A stretch of 64,000 nucleotides of DNA from a bacterium (GCA_021785065.1 JAJYGQ010000017.1:925-64924); one strand, 5' to 3'. Positions 50,701 through 60,850 are shown, counted from the first letter of the stretch. Numbers and translations are program-made. Notes: a model not told the origin generated them from the sequence alone.

Positions 50701-52758
50701 TTACGAAACGATGGCGTAGTCGAGGGTTTTGGAATCGAGGTCGGCGCGGACAACGCGGTAGCGGACGCTGTCGCCGAGGCGAAATTTTCGGCGGGTGCGC
50801 TCGCCTTCAACGGTGTAGGTGCGCGGATTAAACACGTAGTAATCGTCGCCGAGTTCGCGTAGCGGCACCATGCCTTCGCAGCGAGTAGCAGTATCTTCTA
50901 TATAAATGCCCCAGTCGGTGACGCCGGAAATGGTGCCGGAAAATTCTTGGCCGATGCGCTCGCTCATATATTCTACTTGCTTGTATTTGATGCTAGCGCG
51001 CTCGGCTTCAGCGGCAACAATTTCGCGTTCGCTCGCATGAGCTGACACTGCTTCAAGATCTTTAAACACTTTCTGGGTGCCTTCAAGAACGCCGGCTAAA
51101 ACGCGGTGCACGACAAGGTCGGTGTAACGGCGAATGGGCGAGGTAAAATGGGTATAAAATGAAAAGCCGAGGCCAAAGTGACCGATGTTTTTAGTGGAAT
51201 AAGCAGCCTTGGCCATCGAGCGAATAGTGGCGGTTTTAATGAGCGATTCTTCCGGTACACCTTTAACGCTTTCAAGCAGGATGTTGATGTCGCGCGCGGT
51301 GATCTTGCCGTGTTTGACAGGCAAGTGAAAGCCAAGCGCCTGCAAAAAGAGGGCAAGCTCTTGCAGGCGTTCACGCTCGGGCAGATCGTGAATGCGATAA
51401 ATAGATGCCCCAGCGGCACCGTGCACGTGTTCGCCCGCGCCATTGCCGTGTTTTTTGTAAATAAATTCAGCGACTTCGCGGTTGGCCAGCAACATAAATT
51501 CTTCAACAAGCTTGTGGGTGTCGAGACGCTCTTTTTTGATAATTGCAATCGGCTTGCCGTGCTCGTCGAGCTTGAATTTCACTTCGTCTTGTTCAAAGTC
51601 GATGGCGCCGCGCTTATAATTTTCTTGCTGCATTTTTTTAGCGATGCGGTTTAAAGTAGTGAGTGTTTCAGCGTGTTCGTGCCCAGCGCCGGTGCTGCCA
51701 TTCAAAATATCCTGCGCACTTTCGTAGCTGAAGCGGTGGTTGCTGTTTATAACCGTGCGACCAAACCAGCGTTCGTGGATGTGGCCGGCGTCGTCCATAA
51801 TAAAAATAGCGGAAAAAGCAAAACGGTCTTCATGAGGATTGAGGCTGCATAAGTCGTTGGAAAGCACTTCAGGGAGCATGGGAATCGTGCGGTCAACGAG
51901 GTAGACGCTAAAGCTACGCTTCAAGGCCTCCGTGTCGAGTGGTGTGCCGGGGCGCACATAGTAAGAAACGTCAGCGATGTGCACGCCGATTTCGTAGCGG
52001 CCAGCGTGGGGGCCGCTTTCAATTTTTTTATACGAGAGGGCATCGTCGAAATCTTTGGCGTCGATAGGGTCGATAGTAAAAGTGACGGTGTCGCGCATAT
52101 CTCGGCGGCGGGCGATTTCTTCGGCGCGTAGCGGCTTTTCCGTTTGCTCGATTTTGTGGGCTTCGGCAGTGACGGCCTCGGGAAATGTTTGATCGATACC
52201 ACGGTCTAGGAGGATCGATTGGATTTCCACCTCGTGCTCGCCTTTGGTGCCGATGAGTTCAACGAGTGCGCCGGTAGGGTAGTGCTCATTAGCTTGCCAG
52301 TGGGCGAGTGTTACTAACACTTTTTCATTTTTACGATTGGAAGCGTTGGCAATGAGTGGATCGTTCGCGGGAATAAGAAAATCGACATAGGCGCGACGAT
52401 CATCGGGGCGTACCCACCATTGATTGTCGTGTTGCACTAGGGTGCCAACAAACTGCGTACGAGCGCGCCGCACGATGCACTCTACTTGGCCGGCCATTTG
52501 CACGAAATCGCCTTTTTCCACGCTGGTGCGGCGCGCGGAACGCCCCTTGCGTACATCAAAATATTTTCCCGTAATACGCACTTCTACCTCGTCGCCATTA
52601 AGGGCGGTGTTTATGAACTCTGGCGTGACAACGATTTCCTGATCACGTTTTTTTGTTTGAGGTGTGCCAGCAAGGGTAACAAAACCGAATCCTTTAGAGT
52701 TAGTTCTGATAGTGCCAATAGCGCTTTTTGTGCTCGGCGGTTGATTTTTTTGATCCAT
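50701..52758 (-). CDS. rnr: ribonuclease R
   Basis: TIDP.DAKDFDDA, HIADVS, EEFMLLAN, HFTSPIRRY.D, S1 domain. Confidence 0.95.
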   Translation of the reverse strand: MDQKNQPPSTKSAIGTIRTNSKGFGFVTLAGTPQTKKRDQEIVVTPEFINTALNGDEVEVRITGKYFDVRKGRSARRTSVEKGDFVQMAGQVECIVRRARTQFVGTLVQHDNQWWVRPDDRRAYVDFLIPANDPLIANASNRKNEKVLVTLAHWQANEHYPTGALVELIGTKGEHEVEIQSILLDRGIDQTFPEAVTAEAHKIEQTEKPLRAEEIARRRDMRDTVTFTIDPIDAKDFDDALSYKKIESGPHAGRYEIGVHIADVSYYVRPGTPLDTEALKRSFSVYLVDRTIPMLPEVLSNDLCSLNPHEDRFAFSAIFIMDDAGHIHERWFGRTVINSNHRFSYESAQDILNGSTGAGHEHAETLTTLNRIAKKMQQENYKRGAIDFEQDEVKFKLDEHGKPIAIIKKERLDTHKLVEEFMLLANREVAEFIYKKHGNGAGEHVHGAAGASIYRIHDLPERERLQELALFLQALGFHLPVKHGKITARDINILLESVKGVPEESLIKTATIRSMAKAAYSTKNIGHFGLGFSFYTHFTSPIRRYTDLVVHRVLAGVLEGTQKVFKDLEAVSAHASEREIVAAEAERASIKYKQVEYMSERIGQEFSGTISGVTDWGIYIEDTATRCEGMVPLRELGDDYYVFNPRTYTVEGERTRRKFRLGDSVRYRVVRADLDSKTLDYAIVS

Positions 52759-52818
52759 TAGGTTGGCAGTATACCAGACTATTGACCTTTTGCCATCCCT
52801 CTGCTACTATAGCTGCCT

Positions 52819-53163
52819 ATGTTAAAAATCAGATTGCAACGAGTGGGACGCGTACACGAACCTACCTTTCGCGTGGTCGTGACTGATTCACGCAACAGCA
52901 CTAAAAGTGGCCGAGCTCTAGAAATTGTCGGTTCACATGATTCACGCGATAAGAGCAAAACAGTGCTCAATGTTGACCGTATCAAGCACTGGATTTCCGT
53001 GGGGGCACAGCCGACGATAACGATGCACAATATGCTTGTTTCTAAAAAAATTATTGAGGGTAAGAAAATTAACGCGCTGCCCAAGAAGCTTCCGCAAAAA
53101 AATGAAGCCGAGCAGCAGGCCGAACAGCAGCCGACTACCGAAACCCCAGCCGCTACGAGTTAA
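52819..53163 (+). CDS. rpsP: 30S ribosomal protein S16
   Basis: MLKIRLQRVGR...FRVVV.D...W...GAQPT. Confidence 0.96.
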   Translation: MLKIRLQRVGRVHEPTFRVVVTDSRNSTKSGRALEIVGSHDSRDKSKTVLNVDRIKHWISVGAQPTITMHNMLVSKKIIEGKKINALPKKLPQKNEAEQQAEQQPTTETPAATS

Positions 53164-53299
53164 AGTATTTCTCAAGCATTCTCCACAGGAGCGATTGACA
53201 CCTTTTGTTGATATCGCTACAATCCTCACTAGCTGCAGGCATCAGCTCTGCCGCATTACTAATTAACGATTCGTCCCCGACGAATTACCGAACATCATT

Positions 53300-53614
53300 A
53301 TGGAAAAGGAAGGCGATGCACAATTTCTAGATTACGTTATTAAGGCTCTTGTAGATAATCCTAACGACGTTAAAATTACACGTACCGTTGATGAGATGGG
53401 CGTATTACTTACGCTTACCGTCAACGCTGCTGACATGGGGAAAATTATCGGTCGCTCAGGTAACACCGCTAAAGCCGTTCGCACGCTTTTGCGTGTTGTC
53501 GGTATGAAGAATAATGCCCGCGTCAATCTTAAAATTAATGAACCGGAAGGTGGTTCGACGCGCGAGTCCGCGACAAAGTCGGTGGACGAGGCGATGGAAG
53601 ATATCAAGCTCTAA
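53300..53614 (+). CDS. khpA: KH-domain RNA-binding protein
   Basis: DMGKIIGRSG.TAKAVRTL; position between rpsP and trmD. Confidence 0.9.
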   Translation: MEKEGDAQFLDYVIKALVDNPNDVKITRTVDEMGVLLTLTVNAADMGKIIGRSGNTAKAVRTLLRVVGMKNNARVNLKINEPEGGSTRESATKSVDEAMEDIKL

Positions 53615-53704
53615 AAATAAAAACACTTCTCTTGGCTGGAGGGTAGCAGGGAACGCCGTCGAGAAGTGTTTTTATTTTGTATGGAACTATGCTATTGTCA
53701 CGGC

Positions 53705-54370
53705 ATGCGATTTCATGTTATTACGCTGTTTCCTGGGGCGTTTGGCTCGTATCTCGGCGAGTCGATTTTGAAGCGGGCCATTGAAGATAAAAAAATTTCC
53801 GTCGCGTTTTACAATCCACGTGATTTTGCTGCGGGCACGCGTGGCCGGGCAGTGCGTGTTGACAAGCGACCCTACGGCGGCGGCCCGGGTATGGTGATTG
53901 AAGCGTTACCGGTTATTAAGGCAATAGAAAAAGCCCTCGCAACAATACAAAAAAAATCAAAAAAACCTAAAGTAAAAATTATTTGGCTCTCGCCGGGTGG
54001 CATGCAATTTGATACTGGTGTCGCGGAGACAGTAGCAAAAAAATATACCGACATCATCATCGTTTCCGGCCGCTACGAAGGTATTGACGCTCGGGTTAAA
54101 AAAATTTTCAAATGCGACATTGTCTCGGTGGGGCCGTTTGTGCTGACTGGCGGTGAGTTGCCAGCCATGCTTATTATCGATTGTGTCAGTCGACAGGTGG
54201 CGGGTGTGTTGGGTGATCCTACGTCTGTTGAGGAACGACGCGTAGCGAGCAGAGATGTCTATACTCGTCCAGAAGTATTTGAATATAAAGGTAAAAAATA
54301 TCGCGTGCCCAAAGTACTACTATCGGGCAATCATGCCACCATTAACACCTGGAAGCGTTCACAAAAGTAA
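53705..54370 (+). CDS. trmD: tRNA (guanine-N1)-methyltransferase
   Basis: VD.RPYGGGPGM, GRYEGID.R, VLTGGEL. Confidence 0.96.
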   Translation: MRFHVITLFPGAFGSYLGESILKRAIEDKKISVAFYNPRDFAAGTRGRAVRVDKRPYGGGPGMVIEALPVIKAIEKALATIQKKSKKPKVKIIWLSPGGMQFDTGVAETVAKKYTDIIIVSGRYEGIDARVKKIFKCDIVSVGPFVLTGGELPAMLIIDCVSRQVAGVLGDPTSVEERRVASRDVYTRPEVFEYKGKKYRVPKVLLSGNHATINTWKRSQK

Positions 54371-54389
54371 GCGTGATATACTAGGGGTT

Positions 54390-55286
54390 ATGATACGCAA
54401 TCGCCGCTTCATTTTAAGTATCGGTATCGCTCTTATTTTACTCGGACTCATCATTTGGGGTATTGTGTGGCTCGTGGTGGGGCGATCAACACAGCCCTTG
54501 CTTCCTCTCAATGCTCCTGGTACCACATTACCAGGTACGGGTCCCATTACTATCGTTCTCTCGCCAGATTTTGGCGATGCTGTTCTTTCGCTCGGGGGTA
54601 TGCTTGCCCAGCACACACGTCCGGCGATTGTTGTTACGTTTTTTACTGGTGAACCTACGCCGGCTACCAGTACGACGATTGACATGGAAAGCGGTTTTAC
54701 TAATAGTACCATCGCGGGTAATGTACGAGTGGCCGAAAATGATCAGGCCCTCAGCTCATTGGGAGCGGTCGCTGAAAATTATGGTTATCTCGGAAGTGAG
54801 TACGGTCAGCCGATAGCTAGCGACGTTTTAGAAAGTGATATTACACAAAACATTCAAGCCCTCCTAGTTGCTAATACGGGGCGACAGGTGTACGTATACG
54901 GTCCTGCCGATTTTGGTGCACAGACAAGCGCCGATGATGCGGTGGTTCACAACGCGTTTACTGATACGGTGAATGGTTTCCCGGGCACAAACGTGCATTT
55001 CTTCTATTACGAACCCTACCCGGCGGTTGCACTTTGGAATGCAACTGCAACAAGCTCATTGAGAAATTTTCTACAAAATGAAACAGGATTATTCTTAACG
55101 ACGACCAATATTGCTCTTTCTTCAAATCAAGTTAGCGCGAAAATTTCCGCGCTGCAAAAATATCACTCATTGGCGCAAATGTATCAAAAACAAGGCACTA
55201 ATATTGTGCAAGGGGCGCAAAATTTTACCGCGACCCGGTGCGCTGGGCAGGCGTGCGAGGTGGTGTACACCATCGGACAAAATTAA
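54390..55286 (+). CDS. membrane-anchored PIG-L/LmbE deacetylase-like protein with degenerate active site
   Basis: VLSPDFGDAVLSLGG, VTFFTG, R..E...AL..LG, YYEPYP, K..A...Y.S. Confidence 0.6.
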   Translation: MIRNRRFILSIGIALILLGLIIWGIVWLVVGRSTQPLLPLNAPGTTLPGTGPITIVLSPDFGDAVLSLGGMLAQHTRPAIVVTFFTGEPTPATSTTIDMESGFTNSTIAGNVRVAENDQALSSLGAVAENYGYLGSEYGQPIASDVLESDITQNIQALLVANTGRQVYVYGPADFGAQTSADDAVVHNAFTDTVNGFPGTNVHFFYYEPYPAVALWNATATSSLRNFLQNETGLFLTTTNIALSSNQVSAKISALQKYHSLAQMYQKQGTNIVQGAQNFTATRCAGQACEVVYTIGQN

Positions 55287-56175
55287 TCTTTTTCTGTACC
55301 TTTTTAAAATCGGGAGGAAACCAGTGTATGTGTTGATCGCGGCGAAACCAGGCGAGTTGGCGTTTGGCATAGTGCCAAATCGCGCTTTCTAATTCTCGTT
55401 GCATCTCTTGCCGGGAAATTTTTTTCTGTAAAAAGCGCGCGAGCGAGCGATACTCTAAACCGAGCAGCTCCATTTTTTGATACGAAAGACCAGCGGCATG
55501 CACGTGGCGGGCTTCGGCAATCATTCCTTGACGCAGACGGGCCAGGAGGCGCGTATGAATTTTTTCTTTGAGAATATGCGGGGGAAGCGTGAGGCCGATA
55601 GTAAGGGACGTATATCGTGAGCGTGAGTGAAGGTGAGGTACTGTGCCTGTTGCCGCAACAATTTCTAGAGCGCGAATAAGTCGTCGGGGATTGTGTCGAT
55701 CAATCGTTGCAGCTCGCCGCGGATCTTTTTTAAGCAACATCGCGTAAAGTTCCGCAGCATTTTTATGAGCAAGTTTTTTACGTAGTGGCACATTAGGGGG
55801 TACATCGGGGAAAAAAATACCTCGCACAAGGGCATCAATGTAAAATCCGGTGCCACCGCAAATAATAGGCACGTTGCCGCGCTGCACAATATCTTCAATT
55901 ATTTTTTCTGCCTGTGTTCGAAAAATTTCTGCCGTAAATTGCTTTGCGGTACCAACAGTACGTGGTGAAGCAACGTTAAGCATATAGTGAGGTACGCCTC
56001 GCATTTCGCGTCGCGTTATTTTTCCGGTGCCAATGTTGAGGTCGCGATAGATCTGGCGCGAGTCAGCAGAGATGACTTCGCCGCCAATGAGTTTAGCGAG
56101 GGCAACAGCAAAAGCACTTTTACCAACAGCCGTCGGCCCGACAATAACAATAATTTTAGGCTTATTTTTAAGCAC
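55225..56175 (-). CDS. miaA: tRNA dimethylallyltransferase
   Basis: GPTAVGKS, ISADSRQIY..L.IGT.K, GGTGFY, YAKRQ..WF. Confidence 0.96.
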   Translation of the reverse strand: MLKNKPKIIVIVGPTAVGKSAFAVALAKLIGGEVISADSRQIYRDLNIGTGKITRREMRGVPHYMLNVASPRTVGTAKQFTAEIFRTQAEKIIEDIVQRGNVPIICGGTGFYIDALVRGIFFPDVPPNVPLRKKLAHKNAAELYAMLLKKDPRRAATIDRHNPRRLIRALEIVAATGTVPHLHSRSRYTSLTIGLTLPPHILKEKIHTRLLARLRQGMIAEARHVHAAGLSYQKMELLGLEYRSLARFLQKKISRQEMQRELESAIWHYAKRQLAWFRRDQHIHWFPPDFKKVQKKINFVRWCTPPRTPAQRTGSR

Positions 56176-56250
56176 ACATGGATGCTATCACAGCTTTCGA
56201 TAATGCTGTAGTGGTAATTTTTTTGCAACAGTAAAAGGATTTTGTGAAGC

Positions 56251-56322
56251 TTGTATTATTTATAATTTTGTGCTATTTTATAGCCTGTTTTGTGTGTTCT
56301 TTGCTAATGAAAGGAGCAAAAG
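56251..56322 (+). promoter_or_regulatory. sigma70 promoter + boxA-like motif + SD
   Basis: TTGTAT-17bp-TATTTT (TGn-extended); TGTTCTTTGC; AAAGGAG. Confidence 0.6.
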
Positions 56323-57222
56323 ATGAATACAAAGCGTGTACCCGTTACGGCCCTCGTGGGGCTATTGTTGGTTGGATGTGGAGGGGTGGCGCAGGCGAAC
56401 GTGTCGATGAATTTCGACACACTGACCACGTCCCCCTACATCAACTTTAGCAATCTCTACTCCGGCAGTCCGCCGAGTGAGAGTGCTAATCTCTCGGCGT
56501 ATCAGACGGATACGCCGGGGGCGTGGTATGGTGGGAACTACGTTCCTGACCAGTTCCAGATCACGCCGTTCAATGGCGGGAGTGTACTGCAAATGGGGAT
56601 TGCCCCGTCGCAGTATCAGTCGCCGGGCACCGGCGGCTTCAGTTCCCTGAACTTCCAGGGGATGAGGTACGATACAAATCTGTCTGGTACAACCCAGACG
56701 ATGAGTATTCAATTATATGTCGACCCCAACTGGGGTTCGACGACAACTGTCGACGTCGGTATGGCGGCAGTTGGCGTCAACAATGCCAACAGCGTGGTGA
56801 GCAATCCAGCGATTGCTTACCTGAATGCTGATTCGTCGGATCCCATTCCGGGGTATTCGTCGGCAGGGTTCTACTCCTACGACTATTCGTCAGCGAAGTG
56901 GAATTTCCTGGCCGCGGCAAACAGCGGCTTCAACACCGTGAGCTTCACGCTCACGTCTGGGTCGGGTATCCAATATTACCTGAATGGTGCTGCGGTTGGC
57001 AGCTTGTACGCTGACACCGTGACAACGTCGTTGCAGAGCGTCATGTTGTACGCTCTCAATCCCGCTGGCTCGTTGGAATCGCCGGACTCGCTATACGAGT
57101 TTGATAATTTTTCAGCGAACAATACGCCGGTGCCGGAGGGGTCAACACTCTTGCTACTGCTTCCGGCGACTTTCTTGTTACTTCGGCGCGGGCGCCTCAC
57201 GGAGAAGGTGCTCTCCCGATAA
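56323..57222 (+). CDS. secreted protein with PEP-CTERM-like C-terminal sorting signal
   Basis: Signal peptide (AQA), beta-rich domain, PVPEGSTLLLLLPATFLLLRRGR. Confidence 0.75.
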   Translation: MNTKRVPVTALVGLLLVGCGGVAQANVSMNFDTLTTSPYINFSNLYSGSPPSESANLSAYQTDTPGAWYGGNYVPDQFQITPFNGGSVLQMGIAPSQYQSPGTGGFSSLNFQGMRYDTNLSGTTQTMSIQLYVDPNWGSTTTVDVGMAAVGVNNANSVVSNPAIAYLNADSSDPIPGYSSAGFYSYDYSSAKWNFLAAANSGFNTVSFTLTSGSGIQYYLNGAAVGSLYADTVTTSLQSVMLYALNPAGSLESPDSLYEFDNFSANNTPVPEGSTLLLLLPATFLLLRRGRLTEKVLSR

Positions 57223-57267
57223 GGCGGCCTTCTCTCTCCCTCTCGTGGCGGAGCAGCAATGTTCCGC

Positions 57268-57303
57268 AGCCCACAAATCACTAAGTTGGTTTGTGGGTTT
57301 TTT
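57268..57303 (+). terminator. intrinsic terminator
   Basis: AGCCCACAAATCA...TGGTTTGTGGGTT-TTTT, preceded by GCGGAGCA/TGTTCCGC hairpin. Confidence 0.75.
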
Positions 57304-57328
57304 ATTTTTATTTCTACATTATTTTTTA

Positions 57329-57413
57329 TGGTGCCGGGAGGGAGAATCGAACTCCCATGGATTGCTCCGCACGATTTTGAGTCGTGTGCGTCTACCAATT
57401 CCGCCATCCCGGC
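57329..57413 (-). tRNA. tRNA-Leu(CAA)
   Basis: GCCGGGATGGCGGAATTGG...CACGA-CT-CAA-AA-TCGTG...ACCA. Confidence 0.95.
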
Positions 57414-57503
57414 GTGTTGCGCTCGAATGAGCTCCTCACAGCATACCCGATTTTTGCCGAAAATCAATTTGTGATAAAATATGTGTACGATAATTTTTTA
57501 ACT

Positions 57504-58532
57504 ATGTCCCACTTTCACCAAGATTCCATTTTTTGGATTGATACTGATAAGATCAAGCCGAACCCGTTTCAGCCGCGACGCGAATTTGACCCAGTGGCGC
57601 TGCAGGCCCTTGCGGATTCGATTCGCCAGTATGGTGTGCTGCAGGCTTTGGTGGTGACGCGCAAGGAAGTGGTGAAGCCCGATGGCGGGCTCAACACGGA
57701 ATACGAACTTATTGCCGGTGAGCGCCGTTTGCGCGCCGCGCGTTTAGCTGGCGTGCGCGAAGTGCCGTGTCTCATTAAGGTGGGCGAAGAAAATGATTTA
57801 TTGAAACTTGAGCTTGCGATTATTGAAAATGTGCAGCGTGAAGATTTGAACGCTGTTGACCGAGCCCGCGCCTTTCGCCGTCTTATCGATGAATTTAGTT
57901 TTAAGCAAATGCATATTGCCGAGAAAATCGGTAAGAGCCGCGAGTATGTGGCCAACACGTTACGCATTCTCGATTTGCCTGAAGTGATGCTGGCCGCGGT
58001 TTCGGCGGGTACTATTAGCGAAGGGCATACGCGGCCGCTTTTGATGCTTGCGTCGCGACCGGCCGAGCAAGAAACGCTCTTTAAAGAAATTATTGCTAAG
58101 AAATTAACGGTGCGCGATGCTGAGCGTATTGCTCGCCATATTGCCGTGGAGCGAGCTCATAAAAAGAATCCTCTGTTTGACCAAGATATGATTGATATTG
58201 AGCGCAAGCTTGCCGACACGCTGGGCACGCGCGTGCATATTGAAAAGCGCGAGAGTGGCGGCAAGGTGACCATTGATTTCTTTTCTAAGGACGATTTACA
58301 AATGCTCTTGAATTTGGTGAATGGGACGATGGCGTCGACGGCAGTGGGGGCGGCGGGAGTGACAGGAGCGGCGCAAACACCAGCTGCCACTGGTGCCGTC
58401 GCCCCTGAAACCGTTTCTTCAGAAGTTTCTGAAGCTGCACAACCGGCGCGTGCTGAAGATGACCGAACGCCCGCTGAAATTAAGCAAGAAGAAAACGAGG
58501 ATATCTATTCCATTAAAAATTTCAGTCTATAG
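57504..58532 (+). CDS. parB: ParB/Spo0J partition protein
   Basis: PNPFQPR, GVLQ, IAGERR.RA, IIENVQREDL, HTH. Confidence 0.93.
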   Translation: MSHFHQDSIFWIDTDKIKPNPFQPRREFDPVALQALADSIRQYGVLQALVVTRKEVVKPDGGLNTEYELIAGERRLRAARLAGVREVPCLIKVGEENDLLKLELAIIENVQREDLNAVDRARAFRRLIDEFSFKQMHIAEKIGKSREYVANTLRILDLPEVMLAAVSAGTISEGHTRPLLMLASRPAEQETLFKEIIAKKLTVRDAERIARHIAVERAHKKNPLFDQDMIDIERKLADTLGTRVHIEKRESGGKVTIDFFSKDDLQMLLNLVNGTMASTAVGAAGVTGAAQTPAATGAVAPETVSSEVSEAAQPARAEDDRTPAEIKQEENEDIYSIKNFSL

Positions 58533-58545
58533 CCTTTAGAAAATT

Positions 58546-60741
58546 TTATTTCTTCTTTCGAGCGAAGCCGCGTGGTTTTTTGGGTTCGCGGAGAATTTGC
58601 AGAGCGCGCTCGAGGCCGATAGTGTAGACATCATCGGTTTTGAGTGAGCGGAAATCGCCGTCGCGGACGATGTAGGGGCCGAAGCGGCCGCTCGACGCCA
58701 CCACTTCTTTGCCGGTGTCAGGATCAATGCCGAGCGTTCGGGGCAAGCTAAGATATTTGAGAGCATCTTCAACAGTCACTGTGCTTGGGTCTTTGGTTTT
58801 GGGAATGCTCGCCATTTTAGGCTTCGCGGCTTTTTGACCCTTTACTTTTTTAGGCATTTCGCCGAGTTGCACATAAGGGCCAAAGCGGCCGATTTTAACG
58901 AAGATAGGAAAATTGCTCGAAGGGTCGGTGCCGATAGGTTTGTCGGTAGCAATTTCTTTACCCTCAAGGGTGAGAGCGCCAGTGCAATCGGGAAAACGAG
59001 AACAGCTTAAAAACTTGCCGTTTTTGCCAAGTTTAATAATCATCGCCGCGCCGCAGGTTGGGCATTTGAATTGGGCCGGGGCGGGGCCAAGGTCGGTGAT
59101 TTTTTTAGAACTTTTTGATTTTTTTTGGATCTCTTTGGTGAAAGGTTTATAGAAGGCGGAAAGCACGGGCACGTATTCTTTTTCGCCGCTAGCAATTTCA
59201 TCGAGCTCATTTTCCATCTCCGCGGTGAACGAATCGCTCACATAGTGGCCAAAATTATTTTCCAAAAAAGTGCTTACCACGTCGCCAGTATCAGTGGGTT
59301 TCAAGGCGCGATCGACTTTTTCCACGTAGCCACGGTCGAGTAGTGTCTTAATAATAGAAGCGTAGGTGCTCGGCCGACCGATGCCGCGCGCTTCGAGCTC
59401 TTTTACCAAGCCCGCTTCAGAGTAGCGTGCCGGTGGCTGGGTTTGTTTTTCATCGGTGTGCATGTCGACGAGCGTTAGTGCATCGCCAGCAGCAACTTTT
59501 GGCAAAATTACATCATCTTGTTGAGCGCTCGGGTCAACGCGCAGCCAGCCGTCGAAAAGAATACGCGAGCCGTTCACGGTGAAGTCGGGGATTTTTTCGG
59601 CGCTCGTGATGTTTGCCGTCACTCTGGTGCGTAGGGTTTTCGCGTCGGCCATTTGCGAAGCCACGGCGCGCTGCCAAATGAGCTGATAGAGTCGCTTCTG
59701 CTCATCGGTGTGGCCGGCGCTCGCTCGGGCCACGCTCGTGGGACGAATCGCTTCGTGTGCCTCTTGAGCGTTTTTGCTCTTGGTGTGGTATTGACGCACT
59801 TCTAAATATTTTTCGCCGTATTCTTTGCGGACGAGGCCGGAAATTTGGCCGATTGCCTGACCGCTGAGGGTGGTGCTGTCGGTGCGCATATAGGTGATGA
59901 GACCGGCCTCATAGAGTTTCTGGGCCACGAGCATAGTACGCGACGGAGAAAAACCAAGGCGCGAGCTCGCCGTTTGCTGGAGGGTGGAGGTGGTAAACGG
60001 CGCTCGCGGCGCGCGCTTCACTTCAGTTTCTTTAATATCAGTAATTTGCCAAGGATTTTTTTGGCCGAGTGCTAAAATTCGCTCCACTTCTTTTTTATCG
60101 CGCGGCTCTTCGGAACAAACGAGCGGCAAAGGTTTTTTATCGGCGGTTTTTGTCTCGGCACTAATCACCCAAAATGTTTCCGGTACGAAGGCGCGAATTT
60201 CTCGCTCACGCTCCATTAAGATGCGCAGGGCAGGTGACTGCACGCGGCCGGCCGAAAGGCCATAGCGTACCTTTTTCCAAATCAAGCCGGAAAGGTCGTA
60301 GCCAACCAGGCGATCCAAAACGCGGCGCGCCTCCTGAGCTTCTTTGAGGCGCATATCTATAGAGCGCGGATGCAGCAAGGCTTCGGCCACGGCGTCTTTG
60401 GTGATTTCGTGGAAGACCACGCGCTGAGGCTTCTTGAGGTGCGCGGCTTGGGCCACGTGCCAAGCAATCGCTTCGCCTTCGCGATCAGGGTCGGTCGCGA
60501 GCAGCACCTCGTCCGCTTTTTTGGCAAGTTGCTCAATCTCGTGCACCACCTTTTCTTTTCCTTTAGAAATTTCGTAGTGTGGCGCGAAGTCGTGCTCAAT
60601 GTCGATAGCTTTTTTATTACTCTTCGGTAAATCGCGGATGTGGCCGACCGACGCCACTACTTCGTAGCGCTCGCCGTTGCCAGCCAAATATTTTGAAATA
60701 GTTTTTGCCTTTGAAGGCGACTCAACGATTAATAACTTCAT
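58546..60741 (-). CDS. topA: DNA topoisomerase I
   Basis: IVESPSKA, ATDPDREGE, SAGRVQ, ITYMRTD, GIGRPSTY. Confidence 0.97.
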   Translation of the reverse strand: MKLLIVESPSKAKTISKYLAGNGERYEVVASVGHIRDLPKSNKKAIDIEHDFAPHYEISKGKEKVVHEIEQLAKKADEVLLATDPDREGEAIAWHVAQAAHLKKPQRVVFHEITKDAVAEALLHPRSIDMRLKEAQEARRVLDRLVGYDLSGLIWKKVRYGLSAGRVQSPALRILMEREREIRAFVPETFWVISAETKTADKKPLPLVCSEEPRDKKEVERILALGQKNPWQITDIKETEVKRAPRAPFTTSTLQQTASSRLGFSPSRTMLVAQKLYEAGLITYMRTDSTTLSGQAIGQISGLVRKEYGEKYLEVRQYHTKSKNAQEAHEAIRPTSVARASAGHTDEQKRLYQLIWQRAVASQMADAKTLRTRVTANITSAEKIPDFTVNGSRILFDGWLRVDPSAQQDDVILPKVAAGDALTLVDMHTDEKQTQPPARYSEAGLVKELEARGIGRPSTYASIIKTLLDRGYVEKVDRALKPTDTGDVVSTFLENNFGHYVSDSFTAEMENELDEIASGEKEYVPVLSAFYKPFTKEIQKKSKSSKKITDLGPAPAQFKCPTCGAAMIIKLGKNGKFLSCSRFPDCTGALTLEGKEIATDKPIGTDPSSNFPIFVKIGRFGPYVQLGEMPKKVKGQKAAKPKMASIPKTKDPSTVTVEDALKYLSLPRTLGIDPDTGKEVVASSGRFGPYIVRDGDFRSLKTDDVYTIGLERALQILREPKKPRGFARKKK

Positions 60742-60850
60742 ACAGTGTCTACCATTAATACTACGAGCGGCTTTTTTTGGCAAATTTTGCACGAGTAAAA
60801 CAGGGGATAGCGCTTAGAAAAATTTTGAGAAAAAGTTTTCGAAAATTTTA

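Noticed and set aside
55225-55286. 62-bp convergent overlap of miaA and the PIG-L-like gene
   Set aside because: Likely simple stop-codon drift in a compact genome.
57414-58545. parA or parS site near parB
   Set aside because: No parA adjacent and no TGTTTCACGTGAAACA-like palindrome seen by eye.
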